A stretch of DNA of 63,748 bases, counting the filler, from a bacterium (GTDB lineage Bacteria > JAJRZV01): the NCBI GenBank assembly GCA_024275095.1. It is 6 parts of 6 records of this genome, joined end to end, with 100 filler letters (N's around TTAATTAATTAA, not from the genome) between each part and the next. Parts side by side here need not be neighbours in the genome. Positions count along the whole stretch, not along the records: positions 32,220 to 45,957 come from JAJRZV010000063.1; positions 46,058 to 52,416 come from JAJRZV010000003.1; 4 more parts are not named here. One strand, 5' to 3'. Under the pieces are notes generated by a model. That model had not been told where the DNA came from and made no database searches. It was given only the letters and a program-made list of their open reading frames with translations. A program made the position numbers and the translations under genes. This document shows positions 38,156-49,943 of this stretch, in pieces (the stretch's first letter is position 1; every line of letters starts with the position of its first letter).

Positions 38156-39396
38156 AAAGTTTCTGTATTGCCGTCGCTGCTTTTGTCATTGGTGTACTAC
38201 TGGTGCGGGTGAAGTTGCTTGCCGCTGAGTTCATCAATCTGGTAGTGGGACAATCCCACGTGTTGAAAGTGGCCGGTGCTTCTTCCGTGGCTGTGGGGGA
38301 CAGTACAGTGGTCGGTGTAAAAGTTCTTCCCGGCGGGAACGAGGTAATGCTCACGGGCCTCCAGAGCGGCACCACCAATTTTATTGTCATGGGAGAGGGT
38401 GGACTCAGAAAGGAATATACCGTGCGTGTGCTGGCCACTGATCCCAGGGCACTGGCAGATGCCGTGCGTGAAGCCCTGGAGGGTGTGGAAGGAGTGAAGG
38501 TGCGCGTTGCAGGAGCGAATGTCATTCTGGAAGGTGAAATACTTCGCAAGGCTGACCAAGAACTGCTTGACAGGGTTCTCGCTGCTTTCCCGGGTGTCAT
38601 TTCCTTTGTAAAAGGCAGGCGCGTGTTGCCTGAACTCATGGTTCAGATAGACGTGAAGGCAGTAGAAATTTCCAGCACATCGTTGAAGGAATTTGGCTTT
38701 TCGTGGCCATCAGTGTTCGGAGGTGAAGGAAGTGCCACCTGGACGATGAGACCCGGTGAAGCAACTGGTGGCACCGGCTTCTCCCTGTCCGTCGTGTCCT
38801 ACCTTACGGCAGCCCTCCGTCTGCTTTCGGATGCGGGGAAGGTAAGGGTTCTGTCCAATCCCGTGCTCGTTACGCGTAACGGAGAAAAGGCGCGTTTCCT
38901 TGCCGGTGGTGAGGTGCCTGTTCCTGCGGCAGGCTCCCTTGGACAGGTGGATATAGAATTCCGCGAGTTTGGTGTGCTGCTGGAGTTTCGCGCCAGAGCT
39001 GATACGTACGGCAATGTTTCGCTCGACGTGCATGTATCCGTGAGCGACCTGGACTATTCTCGCGCAGTACAGGCGGGAGGGTTTGCTGTTCCTGCCATTC
39101 GCAAGAGGGAAACGGAGAGCCGTGTGAACCTGCACGAGGGAGAGTCACTGGCCATTGCAGAGCTTTTCACTGAGTCGCAGCGTAAAAACGTGAGCAAGCT
39201 TCCGTTCCTGGGGGATATCCCCATACTCGGCGAGCTCTTTAAGAAGCGTTCATTTCAGAATGGACACACCCGCTTCATGATGTTCATTACCCCGGCTGTG
39301 TTGCGTCCGGGCAGGCTGCCTGCGGACAGAATTCGACGAATATTAAAAGTTTACGAAAAATGGAGGAGCGAGGTCAGTGCAGGATTGCTTGACTGA
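38152..39396 (+). CDS. cpaC: Tad secretin CpaC/RcpA
   Basis: LSNPVL...GEKARFLAGGEVP, EFGV.L, KLPFLGDIPILGELFK, FITP. Confidence 0.9.
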   Translation: MKSFCIAVAAFVIGVLLVRVKLLAAEFINLVVGQSHVLKVAGASSVAVGDSTVVGVKVLPGGNEVMLTGLQSGTTNFIVMGEGGLRKEYTVRVLATDPRALADAVREALEGVEGVKVRVAGANVILEGEILRKADQELLDRVLAAFPGVISFVKGRRVLPELMVQIDVKAVEISSTSLKEFGFSWPSVFGGEGSATWTMRPGEATGGTGFSLSVVSYLTAALRLLSDAGKVRVLSNPVLVTRNGEKARFLAGGEVPVPAAGSLGQVDIEFREFGVLLEFRARADTYGNVSLDVHVSVSDLDYSRAVQAGGFAVPAIRKRETESRVNLHEGESLAIAELFTESQRKNVSKLPFLGDIPILGELFKKRSFQNGHTRFMMFITPAVLRPGRLPADRIRRILKVYEKWRSEVSAGLLD

Positions 39397-40921
39397 ATAT
39401 ATCGAGGTGAGGGTGGGAAGTACCACGCACTGTATCACAGGACCTCAGTGCGTGCTGGGCCGTGATGCTTCCTCATGCGACGTGATTGTCGAGCATCCCA
39501 CCGTATCCAGGAGACACGTGCGCATATGGCTGAAGGATGAACATCTGTTTATCCAGGACCTGGGATCAAGGAACGGAACGTTCGTCAACGGCGAACAGGT
39601 GAAAGGTGAATGCATGCTGGGCAGTAAAGGCACGTTCAGAATGGGAGATGTGGAGGTGACTGCTTGTTTGAAACGTGGTCGTTGTGATGCAGATGATACA
39701 GGCGTCCTGCCTGTACTCGTCGAAGCCGTGCGAAGGGAACTCCTGCAGAAAATAGATGTTTTCAGCGCAAGCGGCGAGGAAATTCAACATTACCTTGTGG
39801 ATATACTGAAAAGTCACGGCTATGACCCGGGTGTGTATCTCCTTCCCGTAATGCGTGACGTGGTGGGTTACGGCCCCATCGAAGAATTTATTAATGACGA
39901 AAGCATCTCCGAGATCATGGTTAACGGTCCCGGTCAGGTGTACGTGGAACGCCATGGAAAACTGGAACTCACCCCTGTATTTTTTGCATCCGATGAAGAA
40001 GTCGTCCGGGTGATTGAAAGGATTGTTGCTCCCCTGGGACGCCGCATAGATGAATCGCAACCTTACGTGGATGCGCGGTTGCCCGACGGGAGCCGCGTGA
40101 ATGCTGTGATTCCCCCTCTATCCCTTATCGGTCCCGTACTGACCATTCGGAAGTTTTCCCGGCGGAAGCTTGGCATTAATGACCTCATTTCCTTCGGATC
40201 CCTTACCAGCAAAATGGCTGAGTTTTTGAGGCTCGCCGTGGAGTACCGTAAAAACATCGTGGTTTCGGGTGGGACTGGTTCAGGCAAAACCACGTTGCTT
40301 AACGTCATTGCATCTTTCATACCCTCCGGCGAACGCATTGTCACCATCGAGGATGCGGCCGAACTGAGGCTTCCCCAGGAGCACGTGGTGCCGCTGGAAG
40401 CCCGGCCCCCGAATATTGAGGGACGCGGCGCGGTGACCATTCGTGACCTGGTGAGAAATTCACTGCGCATGAGACCCGATCGTATTGTCGTGGGTGAATG
40501 CCGGGGCGGTGAGGCACTGGATATGCTCCAGGCCATGAATACAGGCCACAGCGGTTCAATGACAACGCTGCATGCCAATTCTCCAAGGGATGCCATTTCG
40601 CGGCTCGCTACACTTGCCCTCATGGCAGGAATAGAACTGCCACTACGGGCAGTTTACGAATGGATTACCTCTGCCGTTGACATCGTCGTCCAGGTGGAGC
40701 GTTTCCGCGATGGTTCGCGCCGAATTACATCAATTGTGGAACTGGGGGGAATGGAGGGCGACGTTGTGGTGCTCAGGGAAATATTCCGCTTTGTGGTGGA
40801 AGGAGTGAAGGCGGAAAGGGTTACAGGGCGCTTTGTTGCCACCGGGGTGATTCCTGATTTTATCCACGAACTCAGGGAACGCGGTGTTCCTGTAGAACTG
40901 GACATTTTTGGAGGTGCTTGA
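39377..40921 (+). CDS. cpaF: CpaF/TadA ATPase with N-terminal FHA domain
   Basis: FHA: LGR, VSRRH, DLGSRNGT. ATPase: EIMVNGP, GGTGSGKTT, LRMRPDRIVVGECRG, TGHSGS. Confidence 0.93.
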   Translation: MQDCLTEYIEVRVGSTTHCITGPQCVLGRDASSCDVIVEHPTVSRRHVRIWLKDEHLFIQDLGSRNGTFVNGEQVKGECMLGSKGTFRMGDVEVTACLKRGRCDADDTGVLPVLVEAVRRELLQKIDVFSASGEEIQHYLVDILKSHGYDPGVYLLPVMRDVVGYGPIEEFINDESISEIMVNGPGQVYVERHGKLELTPVFFASDEEVVRVIERIVAPLGRRIDESQPYVDARLPDGSRVNAVIPPLSLIGPVLTIRKFSRRKLGINDLISFGSLTSKMAEFLRLAVEYRKNIVVSGGTGSGKTTLLNVIASFIPSGERIVTIEDAAELRLPQEHVVPLEARPPNIEGRGAVTIRDLVRNSLRMRPDRIVVGECRGGEALDMLQAMNTGHSGSMTTLHANSPRDAISRLATLALMAGIELPLRAVYEWITSAVDIVVQVERFRDGSRRITSIVELGGMEGDVVVLREIFRFVVEGVKAERVTGRFVATGVIPDFIHELRERGVPVELDIFGGA

Positions 40922-41769
40922 TGAGCCTGGTACTGGCGGTGTTCGCCTGGGCGGTTGCCGGTGCAGCTGCCGCGATGTTTTCAGGAGATGCGTTGATTAC
41001 TGTACTGGATGGGCGCCGCAGGAAGGTGGCGGACGAACTGGCGGAGGTGAAGAGAGCTGCACGGCCACCGGTGCACGAGGGTAATATTTTCTACCTGCAG
41101 GTGTTTTTCTCTGCTGCAGGGTTTGTCGTATTTTATCTGGCCACGGCGTCCATTCCCTTTTCTGTTATTTTCAGTTTCTCAGGAGCAATTCTTCCCATTA
41201 TGTACGTGAGGTACTGGAAACAGAAACGCATGGAGGCCCTGGAAAAGCAGATGCCGGAGGTGTTGCGTGCACTCGCCTCGGCCATGCGGGCCGGGAGAAG
41301 CTTTCAGCTTGCAGTTGAATCCGTTTCCTCCGTCTTCGAGGAGCCGGCTCGAAGTGAACTCGCTCTTATCTCAATTCAAATGAAGCTCGGTGCTCATCCG
41401 GAAGAGGCTTTAAAAGAAGGGGCAAAACGTGCAGGCGGTGAGGACATGCTTCTTTTCGCTGCCGCAGTAGAGGCTGCTCGCAGGGCAGGGGGCAATCTTG
41501 CGGCCGTGATGGAGAAACTTGCCGGCACGGTGGAGGATCGTCTTCGCGTGAAGCTGAAGGTCAAAACCCTTGCTGCACAGGGACGTGCCCAGGGGTGGAT
41601 CATGGGAATGTTGCCGGTGGGAATGCTCTGCATTCTTTATGTGCTGGACAGGAACATGCTGGCAGGCGTGTTTTCCCATCCGCTGGGTATTGCACTGATG
41701 GCGCTGGCCGGGATTTTTGAAGTTGCAGGAGTGGTGATCATGAGACGGATGCTGAAACTGGAGGTGTGA
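40921..41769 (+). CDS. tadB: TadB inner-membrane platform protein
   Basis: QMPE.L..LAS.MRAG, GGNLA.V, AQGR.QG. Confidence 0.9.
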   Translation: MSLVLAVFAWAVAGAAAAMFSGDALITVLDGRRRKVADELAEVKRAARPPVHEGNIFYLQVFFSAAGFVVFYLATASIPFSVIFSFSGAILPIMYVRYWKQKRMEALEKQMPEVLRALASAMRAGRSFQLAVESVSSVFEEPARSELALISIQMKLGAHPEEALKEGAKRAGGEDMLLFAAAVEAARRAGGNLAAVMEKLAGTVEDRLRVKLKVKTLAAQGRAQGWIMGMLPVGMLCILYVLDRNMLAGVFSHPLGIALMALAGIFEVAGVVIMRRMLKLEV

Positions 41770-42617
41770 TGGTGATCGCTTTTATCGCGGCACTTGCGGG
41801 ATTTTGTGCATTTGCAGCTGTGATGACTTCAGGGGACTTTTTAGCTTCTTTCAGTTCTGAAAAAAGAATGGAAGAAAGCGCAGGGTCCCCGGGTTTCCTT
41901 GGTGTTCTTGCGGGGGTACTGGAGAGAGTTCAACCTGTCTGGCTCGAGAAAACAGTTGACAAGGTTGCAGAGAAATATTTTGAAGAAAAAGGATATGCAT
42001 TGTTCACAAGTCCATACGGGTTGTTCATCAGGGGGGAGGTCCTGTTCCTGCTGGTGTTTACAGTGGCAGCCTTTACGGCTTCCTTAACTCTTGCAGTTTT
42101 TGCCGGAACCGCAGCCTTTTTTGTCCCGTTACTCGATGTGCGTTCCAGGCGAGTGGCGCTTGAAAGGGAAACCATGCGGCACTTCCCGTTTTTTCTCGAC
42201 CTGGTGGGTGTATCCGTGGAGGCGGGAGTTGACTTTATGCTGGCGGTTGAGAGGGTATACCCCATTCTTCCCCCTGGCAGGGTTAAAGATGCTGCCGGCG
42301 AAATGGTTAAGACAGTAAGGCTCGGATCCACACGGCGGGAAGCCCTCAGTACCCTGGCCGAACAACTCCCGGTAAAAGAAGTTCGTGATTTTGTTTCTGC
42401 GACCGTTCAGGCGGACAGGATGGGAAGTGGATTGTCAGGCGTTATCAGAACGTTTTCCAGAGAACTTCGCAGGAAGCGTTTTGCAGAAGCGGAGGAAAGG
42501 GCACAGGAAGTGCCGGTAAAGCTCATGCTCCCGTTGCTTTTCATATTTGTGTGCAACTTCATTGTAATAACAGCTCCTGTGATTGTACGTGCGCTTGGCG
42601 GGGGCGTGTTGCGATGA
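41769..42617 (+). CDS. tadC: TadC inner-membrane platform protein
   Basis: PFFLDL...VEAG, QADRMG, AEERAQ..PVKLM.PL. Confidence 0.9.
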   Translation: MVIAFIAALAGFCAFAAVMTSGDFLASFSSEKRMEESAGSPGFLGVLAGVLERVQPVWLEKTVDKVAEKYFEEKGYALFTSPYGLFIRGEVLFLLVFTVAAFTASLTLAVFAGTAAFFVPLLDVRSRRVALERETMRHFPFFLDLVGVSVEAGVDFMLAVERVYPILPPGRVKDAAGEMVKTVRLGSTRREALSTLAEQLPVKEVRDFVSATVQADRMGSGLSGVIRTFSRELRRKRFAEAEERAQEVPVKLMLPLLFIFVCNFIVITAPVIVRALGGGVLR

Positions 42618-43690
42618 CCGTGGCAATGATGATTTTTGCGGTTATTCTCGCGGCATCGCAATTGCACGCGCCGGTGGTGTTATGGACAGGGGATGTTCCA
42701 CCTCCACAGGTGAAAGATATAAAGGTTATCCGAGGATCCGTTGTTGAAGCTGTTGATTGCAACGTGCGGAAAGCGGAAGAAGCTTTTGATAAGGGTCGTT
42801 CTCACTACGAATTTCTCGAAGTGGACAGAGCAGAAAAATACTTCCGACGCGTTGTGAGAATTACGAGCCGGATGCCACTGTGTTCAAGAGCACGTCGTTG
42901 GCTCGCACTTTCTCACCTTTACCTTTCGGTGTGCAGGCTTGTCGTCGGAAAAGATAAAAGCGCTGCCAATTACATGAAAAAAGCGGTGAAGGAGGGACTG
43001 TGGCAGGACCTCTCGGAGGTTGAGTTCCCTCCGCCTGTCACGCGCCTTCACCGCCGGGTTCTTTCGAAGGTTCCCATGTGCCCCTGGGAATTTGAGCATC
43101 CTTTTGGGAAAGAGATAGAAACCCATATCGACGCCGTGAGAGTGAAGGTGGGCCACAGAATTCCGTGTGGGAAGCACCTTGCAGAAGCCTTTGTGGATGG
43201 ACTTGCTGTGACACGCGGAGATATTACCGTGGAAGAAAAGGGTTCCGTCAGCCTTCCCCTTGTTTTGACAGAAGGCGTTGCAAAAAAACTACTGGAGCAG
43301 GATCGTATCCAGGCCTGGTTTCACACGCAGCAACGGGTGAATAACACTGTGCTTGTGAGGATAACCACCTCTGATAGAGAGTATGAACGGTTAGGCAGTT
43401 TTGAGGATTTGAAGGGTGAATTTGTTCGTGTGTTGAAGGGCAGTTCAGATGGACGGTCCAGTACCGAGAAGAAAATTCAGCTTTTGCCGCCTGCCGTTTC
43501 TGAAGGTGTGCATGAGCGTCGAGTGCCGCTTGTACCAGTGCCGCTGATTGCGGAGAAAAAACAGTGGTACAGAAATCCCTACATCTGGGGAGGAGACGCG
43601 GGGATTGTTGCCGTTGCAGCAGGTGTGTTTCTGGGTGTGAAAGTTTTTTCTGATGAAGGGAAAAGAGGCGTTTTCATCGTGACCTGGTAG
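42614..43690 (+). CDS. Exported protein with TPR-like helices and a C-terminal hydrophobic segment
   Basis: ATGA-coupled to tadC; helical A.EAF..G..HY region, FPPPV, WYRNPYIWG then hydrophobic tail. Confidence 0.6.
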   Translation: MTVAMMIFAVILAASQLHAPVVLWTGDVPPPQVKDIKVIRGSVVEAVDCNVRKAEEAFDKGRSHYEFLEVDRAEKYFRRVVRITSRMPLCSRARRWLALSHLYLSVCRLVVGKDKSAANYMKKAVKEGLWQDLSEVEFPPPVTRLHRRVLSKVPMCPWEFEHPFGKEIETHIDAVRVKVGHRIPCGKHLAEAFVDGLAVTRGDITVEEKGSVSLPLVLTEGVAKKLLEQDRIQAWFHTQQRVNNTVLVRITTSDREYERLGSFEDLKGEFVRVLKGSSDGRSSTEKKIQLLPPAVSEGVHERRVPLVPVPLIAEKKQWYRNPYIWGGDAGIVAVAAGVFLGVKVFSDEGKRGVFIVTW

Positions 43691-43725
43691 CAGGTTAAGG
43701 CAAAACGCGGAAAGCGGAGGTTTTC

Positions 43726-44604
43726 ATGAGGTGCTTATTATTACTCACGGGACTTTTTTTACTTTTCCTGGAGGAGCCGGCCGTGGCTGTTGCTTCCACC
43801 GGTCAGCTCTTTCCCGGTAAGACCACCCTGTACTCCCGGCAGTACGTGATTGAAGGCGGAACCTTATACTGGACAAGTTCCGGCATGCAGCGGTCCAGGC
43901 ACTATGTGCTTGAGGCAGGAACAGCCTCTCTCCTGGACCGCAGGAAGGCGGAAGTTTACTACGTGACTCCTTCACAGGTGATAGAGGGACTGGAAACGGA
44001 AGTTTCCATAGTGGGGAACTACTTTTCTGATTATCCTTCCTCTCCTTCGGTGACTGTAGGAGACAGGCCTGTCGAGGCTGTCCGTGTGGTTTCACCCACG
44101 CTCGTCCGGTTCACGTTTCCCTCGCAAATTTCAGCTGGCCTGTACAGCGTGAGCGTGATTTATTCCGGACAGTACCGCGTAAGCATTACACGCGCAATAA
44201 AAGTGGTGCATCCTCCACCCGTTGTATCCCGCATTGTGCCCAGTACGTTTTATGCTTCGGCAGGTGCCGAGTTCCTCGCTTACGGCGAACACTTTCAGCA
44301 GGGGCTGACCGCGACAATCGATGGGAGCCCCGCGGAGGTTGCTGAGACAACGGCTGGTCGCATCAAGGTTCGCGTACCCCGGGGAATGCCTCCCGGTTAC
44401 AAACGCTTTTCCGTTTTCAATCCAGACGGGCAGTTCGTCACGGTGGCCAATGCCCTGAGGATCATTGGCTCTCCCCCTCCAAACACCAGTGCCCAGGGTT
44501 GCGGATGCACGCAGTCGGATGCCGCTCCTTCCGCGGGAACAATTCCTTACGTCCTTGCTTTTTTGATTATTACAGTGTGGAGGTGCTCCTGTGGGAAAAA
44601 GTAA
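43726..44604 (+). CDS. IPT/TIG-domain surface protein with MYXO-CTERM-like sorting signal
   Basis: Two IPT-like repeats (I.GN.F, V.NPDGQ); C-terminal GCGC-linker-TM-basic tail. Confidence 0.75.
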   Translation: MRCLLLLTGLFLLFLEEPAVAVASTGQLFPGKTTLYSRQYVIEGGTLYWTSSGMQRSRHYVLEAGTASLLDRRKAEVYYVTPSQVIEGLETEVSIVGNYFSDYPSSPSVTVGDRPVEAVRVVSPTLVRFTFPSQISAGLYSVSVIYSGQYRVSITRAIKVVHPPPVVSRIVPSTFYASAGAEFLAYGEHFQQGLTATIDGSPAEVAETTAGRIKVRVPRGMPPGYKRFSVFNPDGQFVTVANALRIIGSPPPNTSAQGCGCTQSDAAPSAGTIPYVLAFLIITVWRCSCGKK

Positions 44605-44977
44605 GACCATCAGGCGGCGCAGGAGGAGGCACCGTCGCCTGACTGGTGAAGAGCTGAGACTTTCCCTGTCAGCCAGATGGCTGGCCGAACGTCACGCAAG
44701 GTGTTTCAAGCGGTTGATCGATGAAAGATGTGAAAGCCTCAAGGGAAAGGGTGCTGATGATGACGGACGGGAAAAACGGAAGAAAGAAGGGTTGCGGGAA
44801 CAAGAGGATCTCCTCAGCAAGGCAACTGAAGAGAATCGGAGAATTGCAATCTGGGTGTATGGGTGGAGACTCTGCGAAGTACAAGGAAAGAAGGCGCTTC
44901 AGGCGGCTGAGCAACAGACGCTTCGCATGTTTCGTGAAGGTGCGACTGCGCACAATCTCCAGAAGGAGGTCTTGTAA
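44591..44977 (+). CDS. Hypothetical basic protein
   Basis: 128-aa ORF overlapping both neighbours (TAATG at the 3' end); no family recognised. Confidence 0.35.
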   Translation: MGKSKTIRRRRRRHRRLTGEELRLSLSARWLAERHARCFKRLIDERCESLKGKGADDDGREKRKKEGLREQEDLLSKATEENRRIAIWVYGWRLCEVQGKKALQAAEQQTLRMFREGATAHNLQKEVL

Positions 44978-45957
44978 TGTTTGCAAAAAGGGAAGTCGAG
45001 AAAGTAGTATTTGCCCTGTTCACTGCTTGTGCACTTTTCGGATACGGATGCACAGGCAGTGATACCGGTGCATTGAAAGGTGAAAATCATCTTCCCCTTG
45101 CTGATGCAGGAGGTGATGCTTACGCGGTTCCCGGAGAAATTGTTTACCTTGACGGAAGCGGGTCCAGCGACCCCGACGGAGACGTTCTCGTTTATTCCTG
45201 GTCATTGAAGAGTGCCCCTGAGGGTGCGGATGTTCTTCTTGCGAACCGCTTTACAGCGTCCTTGCTTTTCAGGGGGGATACCCCGGGAACATACGCGCTT
45301 GAACTCGTGGTTTTCGACGGCACCGGCTACTCGGAGCCTGATACGGCGTATGTGCATGTGGTCTCGGATACGGTAAGGCCTGTGGCACTTGCCTGTGGCG
45401 TGCCGGGCCGAATCGGCGGTTACAGCGTTATTGACGGAAGCGCCTCGTGGGACCCCAGAGGATTGCCACTCGCCTATACATGGGAGCTGACCGGGGCATC
45501 TGCCGGGTGTGATGTTTCAGGAGTGAACCTGGACGCGGCGCTTCCGGTACAGTCTGTACCCGTGGGCTGTGGTGCCGGGGCCAGGTACTGGTTCTCATTG
45601 CGCGTGTACAACGGCGAGTATGCATCGCTGCTTACACAGGTGGTTCTTGAGGTGCCGGATACGCCACCGGAGGGGAGGGTGCAGGAGCCTGCCTGGCCCA
45701 TGTCATCGACGGCGGATGTTACGCTCGCGGCTGTGCCTTCCGACGCAGACGGTGACGTGGTAGCCTGCCACTGGGATGTCGTGGCCAGGCCCCCGGATGT
45801 GAGCGTAATGCCGCTTGCATCTGCATCATGCAGCGAAACCTTTTCCGTCAGCACCAATGCACCGGGAGTGATGCCCTACGTGGTGTTCCGTGTGCGAATG
45901 AGCGACGGACGCGGTGGAATGTTTGAGCACTTCGTAAGCGCGTGGGGTCAGGATTGG
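44977..45957 (+). CDS. PKD-like repeat lipoprotein, N-terminal part (truncated)
   Basis: Lipobox GYGC; PLADAG.D...LDGSGSSDPDGD...YSW repeats. Confidence 0.8.
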
Positions 45958-46057
45958 NNNNNNNNNNNNNNNNNNNNNNNNNNNNNNNNNNNNNNNNNNN
46001 NTTAATTAATTAANNNNNNNNNNNNNNNNNNNNNNNNNNNNNNNNNNNNNNNNNNNN
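45958..46057. other. Artificial contig linker
   Basis: N run with TTAATTAATTAA. Confidence 0.98.
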
Positions 46058-47658
<1,601 letters not shown>

Positions 47659-48129
47659 TTAATCTACGACCTTAATTTTAAATTTCAGTCGCGAATCCCC
47701 CACCTGTATCTCATCCCCGTGTTTCAGGCGGGTTTTCGTAATTTTCACCCCGTTAAGATATGTTCCATTGGTGCTGGCAAGATCCTGAATATAGGCAATG
47801 TCTCTGGACCATATCTCGAGAGCGAAATGCTTTCTCGACACTTTCGGATCTCGAATGATAAGGTCGGCGTCGCCCCTGCCCACGGTAATGCGACCCTTTT
47901 TCACTTCGTACTCCATGCCCCTCGCGGGGCCATCCACCACCTCCAAGAGAACCCTTATACCCTGAGGAAGGCTCTCCGGCGCGTCGGTTTCGTCCACACG
48001 CATTTTCCTGGTGCGTTCTTCTTCAGCGTAGGTATCCGAAGAGTCCAGCTCCACCAGTTCACCGTTGCAATGAGGACACAATATCCAGTCGCCTTCTACT
48101 TTTTCACCGCACTGTTTGCACTGTCTCAT
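47659..48129 (-). CDS. Zinc-ribbon plus FHA domain protein
   Basis: CKQCG...CPHCN; VGR, VSRKH, DLASTNGT. Confidence 0.9.
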   Translation of the reverse strand: MRQCKQCGEKVEGDWILCPHCNGELVELDSSDTYAEEERTRKMRVDETDAPESLPQGIRVLLEVVDGPARGMEYEVKKGRITVGRGDADLIIRDPKVSRKHFALEIWSRDIAYIQDLASTNGTYLNGVKITKTRLKHGDEIQVGDSRLKFKIKVVD

Positions 48130-48150
48130 GGCTGCCACTCCATAAAAGTT

Positions 48151-49155
48151 TTAAGAAAAGAAATAATCCACAATCCTGCGCATTAATCCGCGCTTTCTCG
48201 GCTCCTTAAGCGTGCGTCTGAGTGATGATGTCTTTTCCGTAAAAATCATCCACGTTCGCGAAAATGAATCAAGATATTCCGGGGCTTCACTCAATCTGGC
48301 GGGAGTTGGGAGACGCTTTCTTTCAGCACACGCCAGGAGGGCTCTTTTCAGTGCTCCGGCATCATCAAAACGGTTATCGCGATCCTTTTCCATACACCGG
48401 AGAATGACATCGGAAAGGCTCTGAGGCACCCCCGGATTTCGTGAAGATGGTGGAACGGGTTTTCTATACATAATCGCATTTACAACCTCAGCAACATTGG
48501 CACCGGTGAAAGGTCTTTCACCTGTCACTGCAAAGTAAAGGGTTGCACCAGTGGAAAAAATATCAGTTCGAGCGTCCAGCTCGTCTCCTTTTATTTGTTC
48601 CGGAGACATGTATGCCGGTGACCCCCAAGTTTCGCCTGTATCTGTAATTTCTGCGTCCTGGAGCTTCGCGATGCTGAGGTCCACCAGCTTGACTCCTCCA
48701 TCTGAAGTGATAAGTACATTGGTAGGTTTTACGTCTCTATGAAGCACACCCGAAGCATGAGCTGCTTCCAGAGCATCGCATATCCGAACCCCCACATCCA
48801 CTGCTTCTTCCGGAGCCAGCGGCCCCAGCCTTCTCACCTGATCATGCAGGGTAATGCCACGCACCCTCTCCATAACGATGTACGGAATATCTTCATAAAA
48901 CCCCACATCAAAAATTTGAACCACATTGGGATGTGAAACCCTGCCAGCAGCCCGGGCTTCTCTGAGAAATCTTTCTATGTATTTGCGACGTTCTGACACA
49001 TTCATTGTACGGGTAAAAGTCATGAGTTTAACGGCTACATCCCGATCAATCACGGGATCATGGGCAAGAAATACCGTGCCCATTGACCCCCTCCCGATGA
49101 CCCCTTTGACGCAGTAACGCCCCAGAGCCTTAGGCCATGCTGAACCTTCCCACAT
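48151..49155 (-). CDS. Hanks-type Ser/Thr protein kinase
   Basis: GRGSMG, VAVK, HRDVKPTN, YMSPEQ; DLS in place of DFG. Confidence 0.92.
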   Translation of the reverse strand: MWEGSAWPKALGRYCVKGVIGRGSMGTVFLAHDPVIDRDVAVKLMTFTRTMNVSERRKYIERFLREARAAGRVSHPNVVQIFDVGFYEDIPYIVMERVRGITLHDQVRRLGPLAPEEAVDVGVRICDALEAAHASGVLHRDVKPTNVLITSDGGVKLVDLSIAKLQDAEITDTGETWGSPAYMSPEQIKGDELDARTDIFSTGATLYFAVTGERPFTGANVAEVVNAIMYRKPVPPSSRNPGVPQSLSDVILRCMEKDRDNRFDDAGALKRALLACAERKRLPTPARLSEAPEYLDSFSRTWMIFTEKTSSLRRTLKEPRKRGLMRRIVDYFFS

Positions 49156-49162
49156 CAAAGTA

Positions 49163-49192
49163 AGTATATAGGAAAGAAAAACCTACTGTCAA
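49163..49192 (-). promoter_or_regulatory. Sigma-70 promoter of the kinase-FHA-gyrB unit
   Basis: TTGACA-N18-TATACT with ATG 7 nt downstream. Confidence 0.65.
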
Positions 49193-49253
49193 CGGCAAAA
49201 TTCCCGAAATTTAACAATTTTTTATTATATTTCAAGCACATACAAACTGCCTG

Positions 49254-49943
49254 TCACCGACGCGCATCCTCCACCACTCTGCCGTCTCTCAGTCTGATAA
49301 GCCGGCGTGCTTCTTCCATCACCATGGGATCGTGAGTGGAAAAAACAAAGGTCACATTTTTTTCCTGGTTGAGCTCCGCCATCAACTGAATGAGTCTCCG
49401 TCCTGTATCTGAATCCAGGTTGGCAGTGGGTTCATCCGCAAGCACAATGCGCGGTTCCGTAATCAGTGCCCTGGCAACAGCAACCCGCTGCTGTTCACCA
49501 CCGGATAGCTGGTTGGGTCTTTTGTTCAGGTGTGCCCCCAAACCCACTCTCTCCAGCATTTCCCTCGCTTTCCGGCGACGGGTTTTCTCATCCACCCTCC
49601 TGAGAAGCAGCGGAAACTCCACGTTTTCAAGAGCTGTCAGCACCTCTATCAGGTTGTAGGTTTGAAAAATAAATCCGAGATTTTCGAGCCTGAACCGGGC
49701 TCTTTTTTTGCCCTGCAACAACGATGTATCTGTACCATTGAGAAAAACCCGACCAGATGTGGGTTCATCCAGGCACCCCACGATATTTAAGAGGGTTGTT
49801 TTGCCTGAACCAGAAGGACCTGCGATGGCCAGAAATTCACCTTCCTCAACCGTGAAACTCACACCCCTGAGTGCAGGAGTAGCCACCCCTTTCGACGTGT
49901 AAATTTTTTCAACATTCTCCAGCCTGATCAAAGGTGCACTCAT
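49254..49943 (-). CDS. ABC transporter ATP-binding protein (LolD/MacB-like)
   Basis: GPSGSGKT, LSGGEQQRVAVARAL, LADEPTANLD. Confidence 0.92.
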   Translation of the reverse strand: MSAPLIRLENVEKIYTSKGVATPALRGVSFTVEEGEFLAIAGPSGSGKTTLLNIVGCLDEPTSGRVFLNGTDTSLLQGKKRARFRLENLGFIFQTYNLIEVLTALENVEFPLLLRRVDEKTRRRKAREMLERVGLGAHLNKRPNQLSGGEQQRVAVARALITEPRIVLADEPTANLDSDTGRRLIQLMAELNQEKNVTFVFSTHDPMVMEEARRLIRLRDGRVVEDARR

